A model generated the notes under the pieces. The model had not been told where the DNA came from and did no database searches. It saw only the letters and a program-made list of their open reading frames with translations. From an uncultured Chloroflexia bacterium (GTDB lineage Bacteria > Chloroflexota > Limnocylindria > Limnocylindrales > CSP1-4), in assembly GCA_963731635.1 (NCBI GenBank), contig CAVSWB010000001.1, positions 585,679-649,678 of the forward strand: a DNA stretch of 64,000 nucleotides, in the 5' to 3' direction. Position numbers and translations under genes: made by a program. Shown in pieces: positions 1-8,049 of this stretch (the first letter of the stretch is position 1; each line of letters starts with the position of its first letter).

Positions 1-132
1 AACGAGCGGAATCCGCAGATTGCCCCCAGTGCTACTTGTGCCGAGAGCCCTCCCGGTGGGAACGAACCAGTGGTCAACGTGCGATTCGAGCGTCCATGCG
101 CGGTCCGCTCCGGGGGAAACGGCTGCCAGCTG

Positions 133-750
133 CTACACGGTCTGCGGGGCGAGGACGAGTGCCCAGAACGTCCAACACAACAGCCACACGGCGAGGAGGA
201 TCAAGCCAACCGCGAGAGTCGGGCCTAAGCGCAGGCGGATCCGGAACGAGAGTCGTGCAGCCCAGAGGGCTCCAGCAATCGCGCTACCAGACGCCACGAT
301 TGCGATCGGAAGGTAGTGATCGGCTAGCACAGCGTAGTGGTCGAGCGCATTCGGTTCGGTCGACCCGAGGTTGAGTGTGGGAGCGATGAGCAGGTACGGC
401 AATAGTCCACCGCTCATGGCGCCAATGGCGGCGCCGAACAGGCCCGCCCGGCCGAGCCCACCTGACCCGATCAAAGCCCCAATGACCCCACCCGATACGA
501 CCGCCCAGGCAATTGGCATGATCGACGAATCACTGCCTTGGCGGGCAACATCGTCTGTGACGACCAAGAGAGGAAGGACAGCCCAACCGATGCTCACCCC
601 GGCAAGCAGACGGCGATTTCGGCTTTCCGCGGGCCGTACAACCGGGACGGTGGGTCCTGCTCCGGCAGGGGGCTCCGGCGATGCAATGGAGAGACTACCG
701 CTGTCCATTTGCGCCAGCCTTTCTTCGACAGTGCTGGTAACGACTCTCAT
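133..750 (-). CDS. hypothetical multi-pass membrane protein (about 205 aa)
   Basis: Distal part of ORF 133..1266. ATG at 750 (MRVVTSTVEE) is followed by 4-5 Gly/Ala/Leu-rich hydrophobic segments. The upstream part of the long ORF is Arg/Pro-rich and looks non-coding. No family recognised. Confidence 0.45.
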   Translation of the reverse strand: MRVVTSTVEERLAQMDSGSLSIASPEPPAGAGPTVPVVRPAESRNRRLLAGVSIGWAVLPLLVVTDDVARQGSDSSIMPIAWAVVSGGVIGALIGSGGLGRAGLFGAAIGAMSGGLLPYLLIAPTLNLGSTEPNALDHYAVLADHYLPIAIVASGSAIAGALWAARLSFRIRLRLGPTLAVGLILLAVWLLCWTFWALVLAPQTV

Positions 751-1545
751 TGAAGGACGGGTGTCAAGTACTTGTTGCCTGCGCGGCGACGACCTAGACT
801 CACTCTTGTACCTGGCGCGGGTGAGGGCCCTGCCATCTTGTCCAGGAGCCGTGGAACGGGCAGCTGCTGAAGCTGCCAGGGGGCCGAGCAGGCAATGAAG
901 GATGTACCAACTCCTTTCGTCAAGCGGCGACTGCGGGGGCCAGCCTGACCTCATCCGCCCGGTTGAAGACGATCCAATGCCGGTGACGAAGGGATTACGG
1001 AGTTGAGACAGGGGGGTTCTCGAATGGGTGAGCACAGGTACCTGCGTCGCGAGGTCGGCCTCGGTGTCGCGCTCGGCGTCATCTTCGCCTTTTCTCCGGC
1101 CGTCATGGCGACCGCGACCGCTGCAGATATCCAGGCCGCGGCGAATTGGGAAGCTGCATCCGTGAAGCTTGAGGCGCTCGCAGAGTCGCGCGGCGCCTCG
1201 GCATGTACTTAGATAAGGCCAAGGACCAGTATGTGGTGGTCGTTCCCGACAACGCCACCCAATCATTCTCGCAGGCGGAAGCTGCGCAGCTCAACGTCAA
1301 CTTCCGCATAGAGAAACGGGCCATCGATCTCGCGACCATTACGAAGATCGAAGCCGCCCTCGAGTCCGGCCGAACAAAGGTCACTTCTCACAGCTTCGGG
1401 TTTGGCTTTGACCCCGCGCTGGGGGTGATCACGCTAACGGCAGACGGGCCAGAGAGCGATTTCGCGTCCGTAGAGAAGGCGTTTCCCGGGAAGTGAACCG
1501 CCCTGGGGTTGATGGAGGCTCCATCTCTTGGAGGATGATGGAGCA

Positions 1546-1887
1546 ATGTCAGAGAACCAAGGCAGTGACGACCACCGTCACCGTTACCCGCCAGAGCTTC
1601 GAGAGCGCGCCGTTCGGATGGTCTTCGAGACGATCGAGCAGTCCGGCGAACGCACCGGTGCCGTCACCCGAGTAGCTCGCAACCTCGGCGTCGGAACCGA
1701 GTCGCTTCGCCAGTGGGTCCGCCAGGCCGAAGTCGACAAGGGCGCTCGAGCCGGCCTCACGACCGAAGAGCGCCGGCGCATCGTCGAGCTCGAGAAGGAG
1801 AACCGGGAGCTGCGCCGCTCCAACGAGATCCTCAAGAGCGCCGCAGCTTTCTTCGGGGCGGAGCTCGACCGCCGCTCGCAGAAGTGA
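1546..1887 (+). CDS. IS3-family transposase OrfA (HTH / leucine-zipper part)
   Basis: YPPELRERAVRMV...SLRQWVRQAE...LEKENRELRRSNEILKSAAAFF is the typical IS3 OrfA. GGAGGA lies about 10 nt before the ATG at 1546 (the ORF track starts at TTG 1528). Confidence 0.85.
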   Translation: MSENQGSDDHRHRYPPELRERAVRMVFETIEQSGERTGAVTRVARNLGVGTESLRQWVRQAEVDKGARAGLTTEERRRIVELEKENRELRRSNEILKSAAAFFGAELDRRSQK

Positions 1888-2014
1888 CTCGCTACATCGA
1901 TCAGAACCGTGGCTCCTATGGGTCGAGCTGATCTGCGCTGAACTGCAGATCGCCTCCAGCTCCTACTACGCCGCTCGCAGTCGGCCCCCATCGGCGCGGG
2001 CCGTTTCTGACTCG

Positions 2015-2767
2015 ATGCTCAAAGACGTCATCATTCGCGTTCACCGGGCCAACTTCGGGGTATACGGGGCCCGCAAGGTCTGGAAGGCCCTCCACCGCCT
2101 GGGCATGGACGCTGGCCGCGACGAGGTCGCCCGCCTGATGAAGGCCGTGGCACTGCAGGGCGTCACGCGGGAAAAGACGATCCGGACGACCAAACCCGAC
2201 GATCAGGCTTCCCGACCGGCCGACCTCGTCGAGCGCAGCTTCACCGCATCGGGGCCCAATCGGCTCTGGCTCGCTGACCTCACGTATGTCTGGACCGACG
2301 CCGGCTTCGCCTACACCGCCTTCATCACCGATGCCTTCTCGCGACGGATCGTCGGCTGGCGGACGAGCGCGAATCTCCGGACTGATCTCGCGCTCGACGC
2401 CCTTGAGATGGCGCTCGCCTTCCGGGGAAAGGAGCTGCCCGGCCTGGTCCACCATTCCGATCGCGGAGTGCAATACCTCGCCATTCGCTACACCGAGCGC
2501 CTCGATGAGGCCAAGGCCGTCAACTCCGTCGGGAGCAAGGGCGACAGCTACGACAACGCCCTGGCCGAGTCGGTCAACGGCCTCTACAAGGCCGAGCTCA
2601 TCCGCCGGCGGAAACGCTGGCGAACGCTCGGGGAGCTCGAACTCGCGACCGCGGCGTGGGTTCACTGGTACAACATCGAGCGGCTCCACGGCACCTGCGG
2701 CGACATCCCTCCGGCCGAGTTCGAGGAGGCCTACTATCGCCAACTAGAAGAGGCGAACGCCGCCTGA
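2015..2767 (+). CDS. IS3-family transposase OrfB (DDE integrase core), N-terminally incomplete as an ORF
   Basis: DLTYVWT...HHSDRGVQY...DNALAESVNGLYKAE carries the DDE/rve motifs. The OrfB N-terminus (TRYIDQNRGSYG / VELICAELQIASSSYYAARS) lies upstream. It is split between the -1 frame (1713..1931) and this frame by a missing G in a G-run near 1920. Confidence 0.8.
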   Translation: MLKDVIIRVHRANFGVYGARKVWKALHRLGMDAGRDEVARLMKAVALQGVTREKTIRTTKPDDQASRPADLVERSFTASGPNRLWLADLTYVWTDAGFAYTAFITDAFSRRIVGWRTSANLRTDLALDALEMALAFRGKELPGLVHHSDRGVQYLAIRYTERLDEAKAVNSVGSKGDSYDNALAESVNGLYKAELIRRRKRWRTLGELELATAAWVHWYNIERLHGTCGDIPPAEFEEAYYRQLEEANAA

Positions 2768-3499
2768 TTTCAATTCCGGGAGTCTCTATGATTCCCAGGG
2801 CGGTTCAAAGATCTCATTCCGGTACGGGTTTTTCGAACAGACCGCTGATTGGTCCAACGACACCCAGCCGTACTGGGGTGGCGCCTGGCTGAACGGCGAG
2901 AACAACTGCACGTCCGGCTTCACAATTGAGTTCAACAGCGGCGGGCGGGCAATGGTGACCGCGGGCCACTGCAACTCCAACGGGCGCTCAACGAACATGG
3001 GCACGGCCTACAGAGAGGCGGCAGCCTACCCCTACTACGACTTTGAGTTGATCACCGGTAGGACGTACCAAGGTCAGATATACGACACCGGCAGCACAGG
3101 TCGTTGGGTGCTGAATGGGTCGAACCCGTCAGTAGGAAGTAGCTACTGCGTCACAGGAAGGAATTCCGGCTTTCACTGCGGGTGGGTCGTCAGGAAGCTC
3201 AACCAGACCATTTGCTATGACCCCCTGCACGGACCCTGCTACCACGGACTCGCCGAGTTCTACGGCACCAGCGGGGTGAGTGTTGTCCAATTGGGTGATT
3301 TTCGGCGGCCCGCTCTGGTACCCGTACTCATCGCCGCTCGGCGCCGGTGTTCGTGGCGTCATCTCAGGCCGCGCGTACGATGCAATCCAGGGATGGAGTA
3401 GCTACGCCACGCAATACCAGTTCATCGCCAACTACTACGTCGGACACGCGGCAACCAGCTAGGGCAACATAGCCCGGCCAAATCCCGGTAAGCCTTGTT

Positions 3500-3533
3500 C
3501 GGGCCGACCTCGAACGACACGGAGGTCGGCCCG
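3500..3533 (+). terminator. 12-bp GC-rich hairpin downstream of the protease pseudogene
   Basis: CGGGCCGACCTC-N10-GAGGTCGGCCCG starts 38 nt after the stop at 3462. The following U-tract is weak (ACTGTCATTTCCC). Confidence 0.4.
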
Positions 3534-3710
3534 ACTGTCATTTCCCAGGGCGGCGGGGCTTGGCGACGGCGACGAGCGTGGGGGCATTGGGCGCCGTTTG
3601 CCAGCCGGGTCGACTGCCCAGACTGGGCGGTCGCGGGCACCGGAGGTACAGCGCAAAACTCCTCGAATTCGACGACGGCTCCACGAGGGACGCCACTGTG
3701 CTCCGATTGC

Positions 3711-3755
3711 CCGGCTCCGGAGGCCGACGCTCTATCCGCTGAGCTACAGGCGCGC
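3711..3755 (-). pseudogene. tRNA-Arg(CCG)-like 5' fragment (acceptor 5' strand, D arm, anticodon arm only)
   Basis: The reverse complement reads GCGCCTG TA GCTC AGCGGATA GAGC G TCGGC CTCCGGA GCCGG. This is a textbook tRNA 5' half with a CCG anticodon. No T arm or matching 3' acceptor strand follows. Confidence 0.6.
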
Positions 3756-4232
3756 GGCCCGACGCGGACTCGGTCGTGCAGCGACCGGCCGTGCGGGAGG
3801 CAAGGATAGCAGCGGCGCGGCGGGCCGGGGAGGCGGTGCCATTCAGCCCGGCCGAATCCCGGATCGTCCACCGGAACGGCCACTCCCGACGAGGGCGAAC
3901 CCGCCGGATTTTGGGCCAGAATCCGAAGCGGCTCCCGAAGGAGCCGCTTCGTTGCTGTCCCGGTGAACTCCGGCCCACCGAGGTGAGCCGTCTTTCTGCC
4001 GCGTTACAAAGGCATCTATCACGTCGGCTGCACCGACTACCCTAACCCGACCTACCCATGACCTTGTAACTGGGGCAGCAGGCTGACTGGCAGCTTCTAA
4101 AGTCTACAGCCCTTCCAGCCTTCATTCCAAGGGTTTTGGCGGGTTGTTCGGTTAAAATCCCGCAACCTTCGGCGAGATTCGTGTGGGTAATGTTGCGCTG
4201 TCCGAAACAAGCCTGGAAATTGGCGCGACCGC

Positions 4233-4725
4233 CTAGTCCGCGATCTTGACGGTTCGCATCGCCGTTGGTTCGACCGGTCGATCCCGGCTGTCCCGCTTGG
4301 AGGCCGCGATAGCGTCCACTACGTCGAGCCCGGAGGTCACCTGGCCGAAGAGCGTGTACTTCTTGGGGAGCTTGCCACCCGACAGGTCTTCCAGGCAGAT
4401 GAAGAACTGGCTGCCGTTGGTGTTGGGCCCCGCATTGGCCATCGCGACCGCGCCCCGGACGTAGTCGCCCTCGAACGGCTCATCGGCAAACTTGTAACCC
4501 GGACCGCCGGTGCCGAGGGCCCCGATCGAGCCGGTCGATGTGCCCGTACTGGCCATCGCCGCCCTGGATGACGAAGCCGGGCACGATGCGATGGAAGATG
4601 ACGCCATCGAAATAGCCCTTGCGGGCGAGCTCGACGAAGTTGGCCGTGGCTTTCGGGGCGCCCTTGTCGTACAGCTCGATCTCGATGACGCCTTTGTCGG
4701 TGTCGATGGTTGCCTTGCTCATCAA
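4233..4725 (-). CDS. cytoplasmic cyclophilin-type peptidyl-prolyl isomerase (one frameshift)
   Basis: ORF 4480..4725 gives FHRIVPGFVIQGGDGQYG. ORF 4233..4607 gives GTGGPGYKFADE...NTNGSQFFI...LFGQV. The two frames join at a G-run near 4520. Confidence 0.85.
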
Positions 4726-4745
4726 TATCTCCTGACTCGGCCCTC

Positions 4746-4820
4746 GGGCGCGTGGTCGCGCCCCCCGGGCGCGTGGTCGCGCCCCCCGGGCGCGTGGTCG
4801 CGCCCCCCGGGCGCGTGCTG
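4746..4820. repeat. 3.5 tandem copies of a 21-bp palindromic unit between the two cyclophilin genes
   Basis: GGGCGCGTGGTCGCGCCCCCC repeats with an exact 21-nt period (starts at 4746, 4767, 4788, 4809). Each unit can fold as GGGCGCG-TGGT-CGCGCCC. Confidence 0.9.
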
Positions 4821-4822
4821 GC

Positions 4823-5542
4823 CTAAGGCGTGGTTACCGTCGTGCTGGTGATGACTGCGGGCTCGAGCGGCATGTCGGGGTTGTTGCCGTTCTTGGGCGC
4901 GCCGCCGACCGGGATTGCGGCGATCTTGTCCGCCACGTCCATGCCTGTCGTCACGGACCCGAAGATGGCGTAACCGGGCGTGATCGTGGCCAGCGAGTTG
5001 GTGTCGCTCAGGACGATGAAGAATTGAGAGCCGCCCGAGTTGGCCGCCCCTGTGTTGGCGATTGCCAGCGTGCCGCGCTTGTACGGCAGCGTGATCTTGT
5101 CGTCGGTGAGCGTGAAGCCGGGCCCGCCGGTCCCGAACTTCTCCGGATCGAGGTTCGGCAGCCGAGCGTACTGGCCATCGCCGGCCTGGATGACGAAGCC
5201 CGCGATGATGCGGTGGAAGATGATGTTGTCGTAGTAGCCGCATTTCACGAGAGCCATGAAGGCTCCCGCCGCGTTCGGGCCGTCGTCGGCCACGACCTTG
5301 ATGACGATGTTTCCGAAGTTGGTGGTCATCGTCACCGTGGCGGTAGTCCCGGCCGGCATGGGTGCCGGAGCGGTGGTCGGGCAGTTGCTCGGGGCCGGGC
5401 CGAGGGTGTAGGCGGGCGCCGAAGGAGCAATCGAGGGGCTGACGGTCGGCGATGCCGTGGGCGGCACGTTCGGGCCGCAGCCGGCGACGAACAGCGCGGC
5501 GAGGCAGACGGGCGCGAGCCGGCGGGCGAGTCGACGGACCAT
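4823..5542 (-). CDS. lipoprotein cyclophilin-type peptidyl-prolyl isomerase
   Basis: Signal peptide with lipobox LFVAGC, a Pro/Thr linker, then FHRIIAGFVIQAGDGQY...GGPGF...GGSQFFIV. Confidence 0.9.
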   Translation of the reverse strand: MVRRLARRLAPVCLAALFVAGCGPNVPPTASPTVSPSIAPSAPAYTLGPAPSNCPTTAPAPMPAGTTATVTMTTNFGNIVIKVVADDGPNAAGAFMALVKCGYYDNIIFHRIIAGFVIQAGDGQYARLPNLDPEKFGTGGPGFTLTDDKITLPYKRGTLAIANTGAANSGGSQFFIVLSDTNSLATITPGYAIFGSVTTGMDVADKIAAIPVGGAPKNGNNPDMPLEPAVITSTTVTTP

Positions 5543-5551
5543 GGGCGAGGA

Positions 5552-6256
5552 TCATGCGGCGGTCTCCAGCGCTTTGGCGAAGTCTATGGCTCCGGACAGG
5601 AGCGGCTCTCCGAGGATGATGCCTGCGATCGAACCGTCTCGCAGGCCCTTTATGGCATCCATGTCTACTGCCCCGCCCGCGACGAATATCTCGGCGCGGA
5701 GCTTGCGCGCCAGCCCTGAAAGGAACGCCAGGTCCGGACGGGCCCCGCCTTGCGACAGGACGAGCCGGTGAACACCCATATCAACGAGCTCTACTGGCCA
5801 GTTCTTCGAGGCTCGGCGGCGCAGGTCGGTGCCAAGGATACGCGGCCAGACGCTCCGGGCGCGTATCCAGGCCGACAGCCAGCCAGTCCCGGCTACAGCG
5901 AGGCATTCGCGAAGGACGTCGGGCGCGTCGGCGATTGCCATCGAAACCACGACCCGCGTGGCGCCGGCGGCAAACGCGAGCCTGATGTTGTCGGCTCCCT
6001 CCAGACCGCCTGCGACCTGCAGCGGGACGGCGACGCGCGAAGCGATGCGACCCATTGCCTCGAGGTTGACCGGCCGCGCGGCCCGCGCCCCGTCCATGTC
6101 GACGATATGGATCAGCGGTCGCGCCCTGCGCCACGAAACGTTCGGCGATGCGGTCAGGCCGGTCGGTGGGCGAGCCTTCGCCGATGGACACGCCGGGCCA
6201 GTGGACAAGGCGCGAGCGACCTTTCTCGACATCGATCGAGGGGACGAGCTCTCCAC
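5552..6256 (-). CDS. hisA: HisA/PriA-like (beta/alpha)8 isomerase family protein, two compensating frameshifts
   Basis: IHIVDMDGA...PLQVAGGL...FVAGGAVDMDAIKGL...GIILGEPL matches the HisA/HisF family. The N-terminal ELVPSIDVEKGRSRLVHWPG...AERFVAQGA lies in a second frame between about 6120 and 6250. Confidence 0.65.
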   Translation of the reverse strand: MESSSPRSMSRKVARALSTGPACPSAKARPPTGLTASPNVSWRRARPLIHIVDMDGARAARPVNLEAMGRIASRVAVPLQVAGGLEGADNIRLAFAAGATRVVVSMAIADAPDVLRECLAVAGTGWLSAWIRARSVWPRILGTDLRRRASKNWPVELVDMGVHRLVLSQGGARPDLAFLSGLARKLRAEIFVAGGAVDMDAIKGLRDGSIAGIILGEPLLSGAIDFAKALETAA

Positions 6257-6260
6257 GCGG

Positions 6261-8049
6261 CTAGCCGTTCGCCGGAACGCGTGACGCCTCGCCTTCGAGG
6301 AGTCGGCGATGGAAGCTGATCGGCAGCGAACCGTTGCGCAGCAGCGTGTCGTGGAACCGCTTCAGGCTGAAATTGGGTGCCGAGTCGCTTCTGCTCGTCG
6401 GCCCGAAGCTGGAGCAGCAGCACCTTGCCGAGCAGGTAGCTCAGCTGGTAAGTCGGCGTATAGGTGTAGCGGAAGACCTCGGCCTGGGCGTTGGCGTGCT
6501 CGAAGCCGGTGTGCTCGACCAGGAACGCGGTGGCTTCGTCCACGGTCAGCTCGCCGCGGTGCATGCGCACGTCGAGGATGATCCGGCAGGCCCGCCAGAT
6601 CGCGTCGGTGTGCATCGCCAGCAGGAACTCTGGCCCGTCGTCGAAGCCCTGCTCTCGCATCATCTGCTCGGAGTACATGCCCCAGCCTTCGACGAACTCG
6701 GGGGCGTCCGTCAGGAGGCGAACCGAGCGACGGATGGCGCGACCGCGGCCGAAAGCTGGAGGTGGTGGCCCGGGTAAGCCTCGTGGACGCTGGTGTTGCT
6801 GATCGAGGCCTAGTTATGCTCGCGCATGGCGTTGGGGTCGTTGCCGACGGACGGGGTCACGATGTAGATGCCGGACGGGTGCTTGTCGAACTTGGGCGGC
6901 TCGAAGTAGGCGGCGAATGGGATTACGGTGCGCAGGTACTCGGGCGTCGCGATGACGGAGATCTGCTCGTCCGGGCGGCAAAGTGGCGATGTCGTGCTCG
7001 ACGATGTGCGCGCGAGCCCGCTTCATGGCGTCGCTGTAGCCGGCGAGCGCTTCCTCGAATGTGGCCGGATGGTTCGACTTGACTCGATCGACGACGGTCG
7101 GCTCGTCCACGCTCGGGTCGATGCCGCGGGCGTCCTCGACTCGGGCGGCCTTGTTCAGGGCAAGCTGCTGCCAGCCGATCTCGAGGATCTGCGACGCGTC
7201 CAGCCCGTCGAACGCGCGCAGGCCGACCAGCTCGTCGTAGGCATCCGAACCGAGCGCCCAGCTCTCGACGGTCGAACCCATGCCGGCCTTGATTCGATCG
7301 ACGTAGGCGACCACGGCGGACGAAGCGGTCTCGACCGCCTTGTCGAGTCTGAGCTGTGCCCGCTCGCCCAGAACGCCCCCGCCGGCGGCCTTGATCTCCT
7401 CGAACAGGAAGGGGATCTGCTCGCCGGAGTCGATTTCGAGTTCCTGCCAGAGGCGGACCTGCGGGGCGGTCGCGCGGCTCCAATGCTGGTCGAGGAGCGC
7501 GGGAACCGCCTCGAGGCGTCCGGTCAGCGAAGCGAGCCGTTCCGGCAGCGGCGCGAAGTCACGGGCGAACAGGCTGAAGAGCGCGTCGCCGACCTGATCC
7601 ATGGCCGTAGAACGGCGCTCCCAGACGCGATGCACCTCAGCGTCGAAGAGGCTGCGACGCGAGTTGTGGATCGCCAGTTCACGCTCCAGTCGGACACTCT
7701 CCGAGAGCCCGGCCGGGTCGATCGCGACCAGTTCGCGCAGCGTGGCGTGCGAGTCCGCGAGCTCCTGGACGACGGCATCGCGGGTGGCGTCGTCAAGACG
7801 GTCGTCGGCGTCGTGGATCCCGAGATAGGTGGCGTAGATCGGGTGCTGGGCGACGAGCCGCCTGAAGTCGGCTTCGACGATGTCCCAGAACTTGCCGTCC
7901 AGCGGGCCCACCGTCGGCGTGCGATTCGGGTCGCGGAAGAATGAGCTCGGCCATTCAACGCTCCATTGCTGTCGCGGCCACACGAGCGGTGACCTTCGAA
8001 GTGATCTCGTCGAGAGCTTCTGCGCAAGCACCGACCACGCGATCGACAT
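6261..8049 (-). pseudogene. DUF885-family protein gene with about three frameshifts and one in-frame TAG
   Basis: Pieces in three frames: ...IVEHDIATLPP / DEQISVIATPEYLRTVIPFAAYFEPPKFDKHPSGIYIVTPSVGNDPNAMREHN-TAG-ASISNTSVHEAYPGHHLQ / RLLTDAPEFVEGWGMYSEQMM...QLSYLLGK / FSLKRFHDTLLRNGSLPISF. Breaks are near 6972, 6735 and 6371, with the TAG at 6810..6812. The start is uncertain (8049, or GTG at 7911). Confidence 0.75.

Larger units (their letters stand above)
1494..2807 (+). mobile_element. IS3-family insertion sequence (1314 bp)
   Basis: Terminal inverted repeats TGAACCGCCCTGGGGTTGATGGAGGCTCC (1494..) and the reverse complement of the right end TGAACCGCCCTGGGAATCATAGAGACTCC (..2807). The first 14 nt are identical, with a TG...CA layout. 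It is flanked by a 3-bp direct repeat AAG (1491..1493 and 2808..2810). It carries overlapping OrfA/OrfB transposase frames. Confidence 0.88.
1024..3462 (+). pseudogene. streptogrisin / alpha-lytic-protease-like secreted S1 serine peptidase, disrupted by an IS and at least two frameshifts
   Basis: Signal peptide piece (ORF 1003..1212), pro-region piece in another frame (1203..1496), and catalytic pieces (2811..3401 with the TAGHC His box and CTSGF; 3280..3462). Deleting 1494..2810 (1317 nt, IS plus one AAG) restores EKAFPGK|ISFRYGFFEQTADW in frame. The Ser box reads GD/FGGP across a T-run frameshift near 3300. Confidence 0.75.

Noticed and set aside
1713-1931. The 72-aa ORF inside the IS as a separate gene.
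   Set aside because: It is the -1 frame that carries the beginning of the IS3 OrfB (EVTRYIDQNRGSYG). It is part of the transposase frameshift arrangement and not an independent gene.
3600-3760. The tRNA-like region as an intron-containing tRNA or as tmRNA.
   Set aside because: The anticodon arm is complete, so no anticodon-loop intron is present. No T arm or complementary 3' acceptor strand (CAGGCGC) appears within a few hundred nt. No tmRNA 5' or 3' signatures were seen.
4746-4820. Possible CRISPR array, considered for this site and for the heptamer and 20-bp repeats at 9365, 25131 and 63880.
   Set aside because: The units are directly adjacent with no spacers and are only 7-21 bp long. 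No cas genes are present in the window.
4510-4851. ORF encoding a PGAWSRP x3 repeat protein.
   Set aside because: It is simply the translation of the 21-bp intergenic tandem repeat on the strand opposite the two cyclophilin genes. The rest of the ORF is antisense to the cyclophilin coding sequence.
6810-6812. In-frame TAG in the DUF885 gene as stop-codon reassignment or pyrrolysine.
   Set aside because: TAG terminates other well-supported genes in the window (for example 133..135 and 20079..20081). The same gene also has several frameshifts, so a nonsense mutation or error is the simpler explanation.
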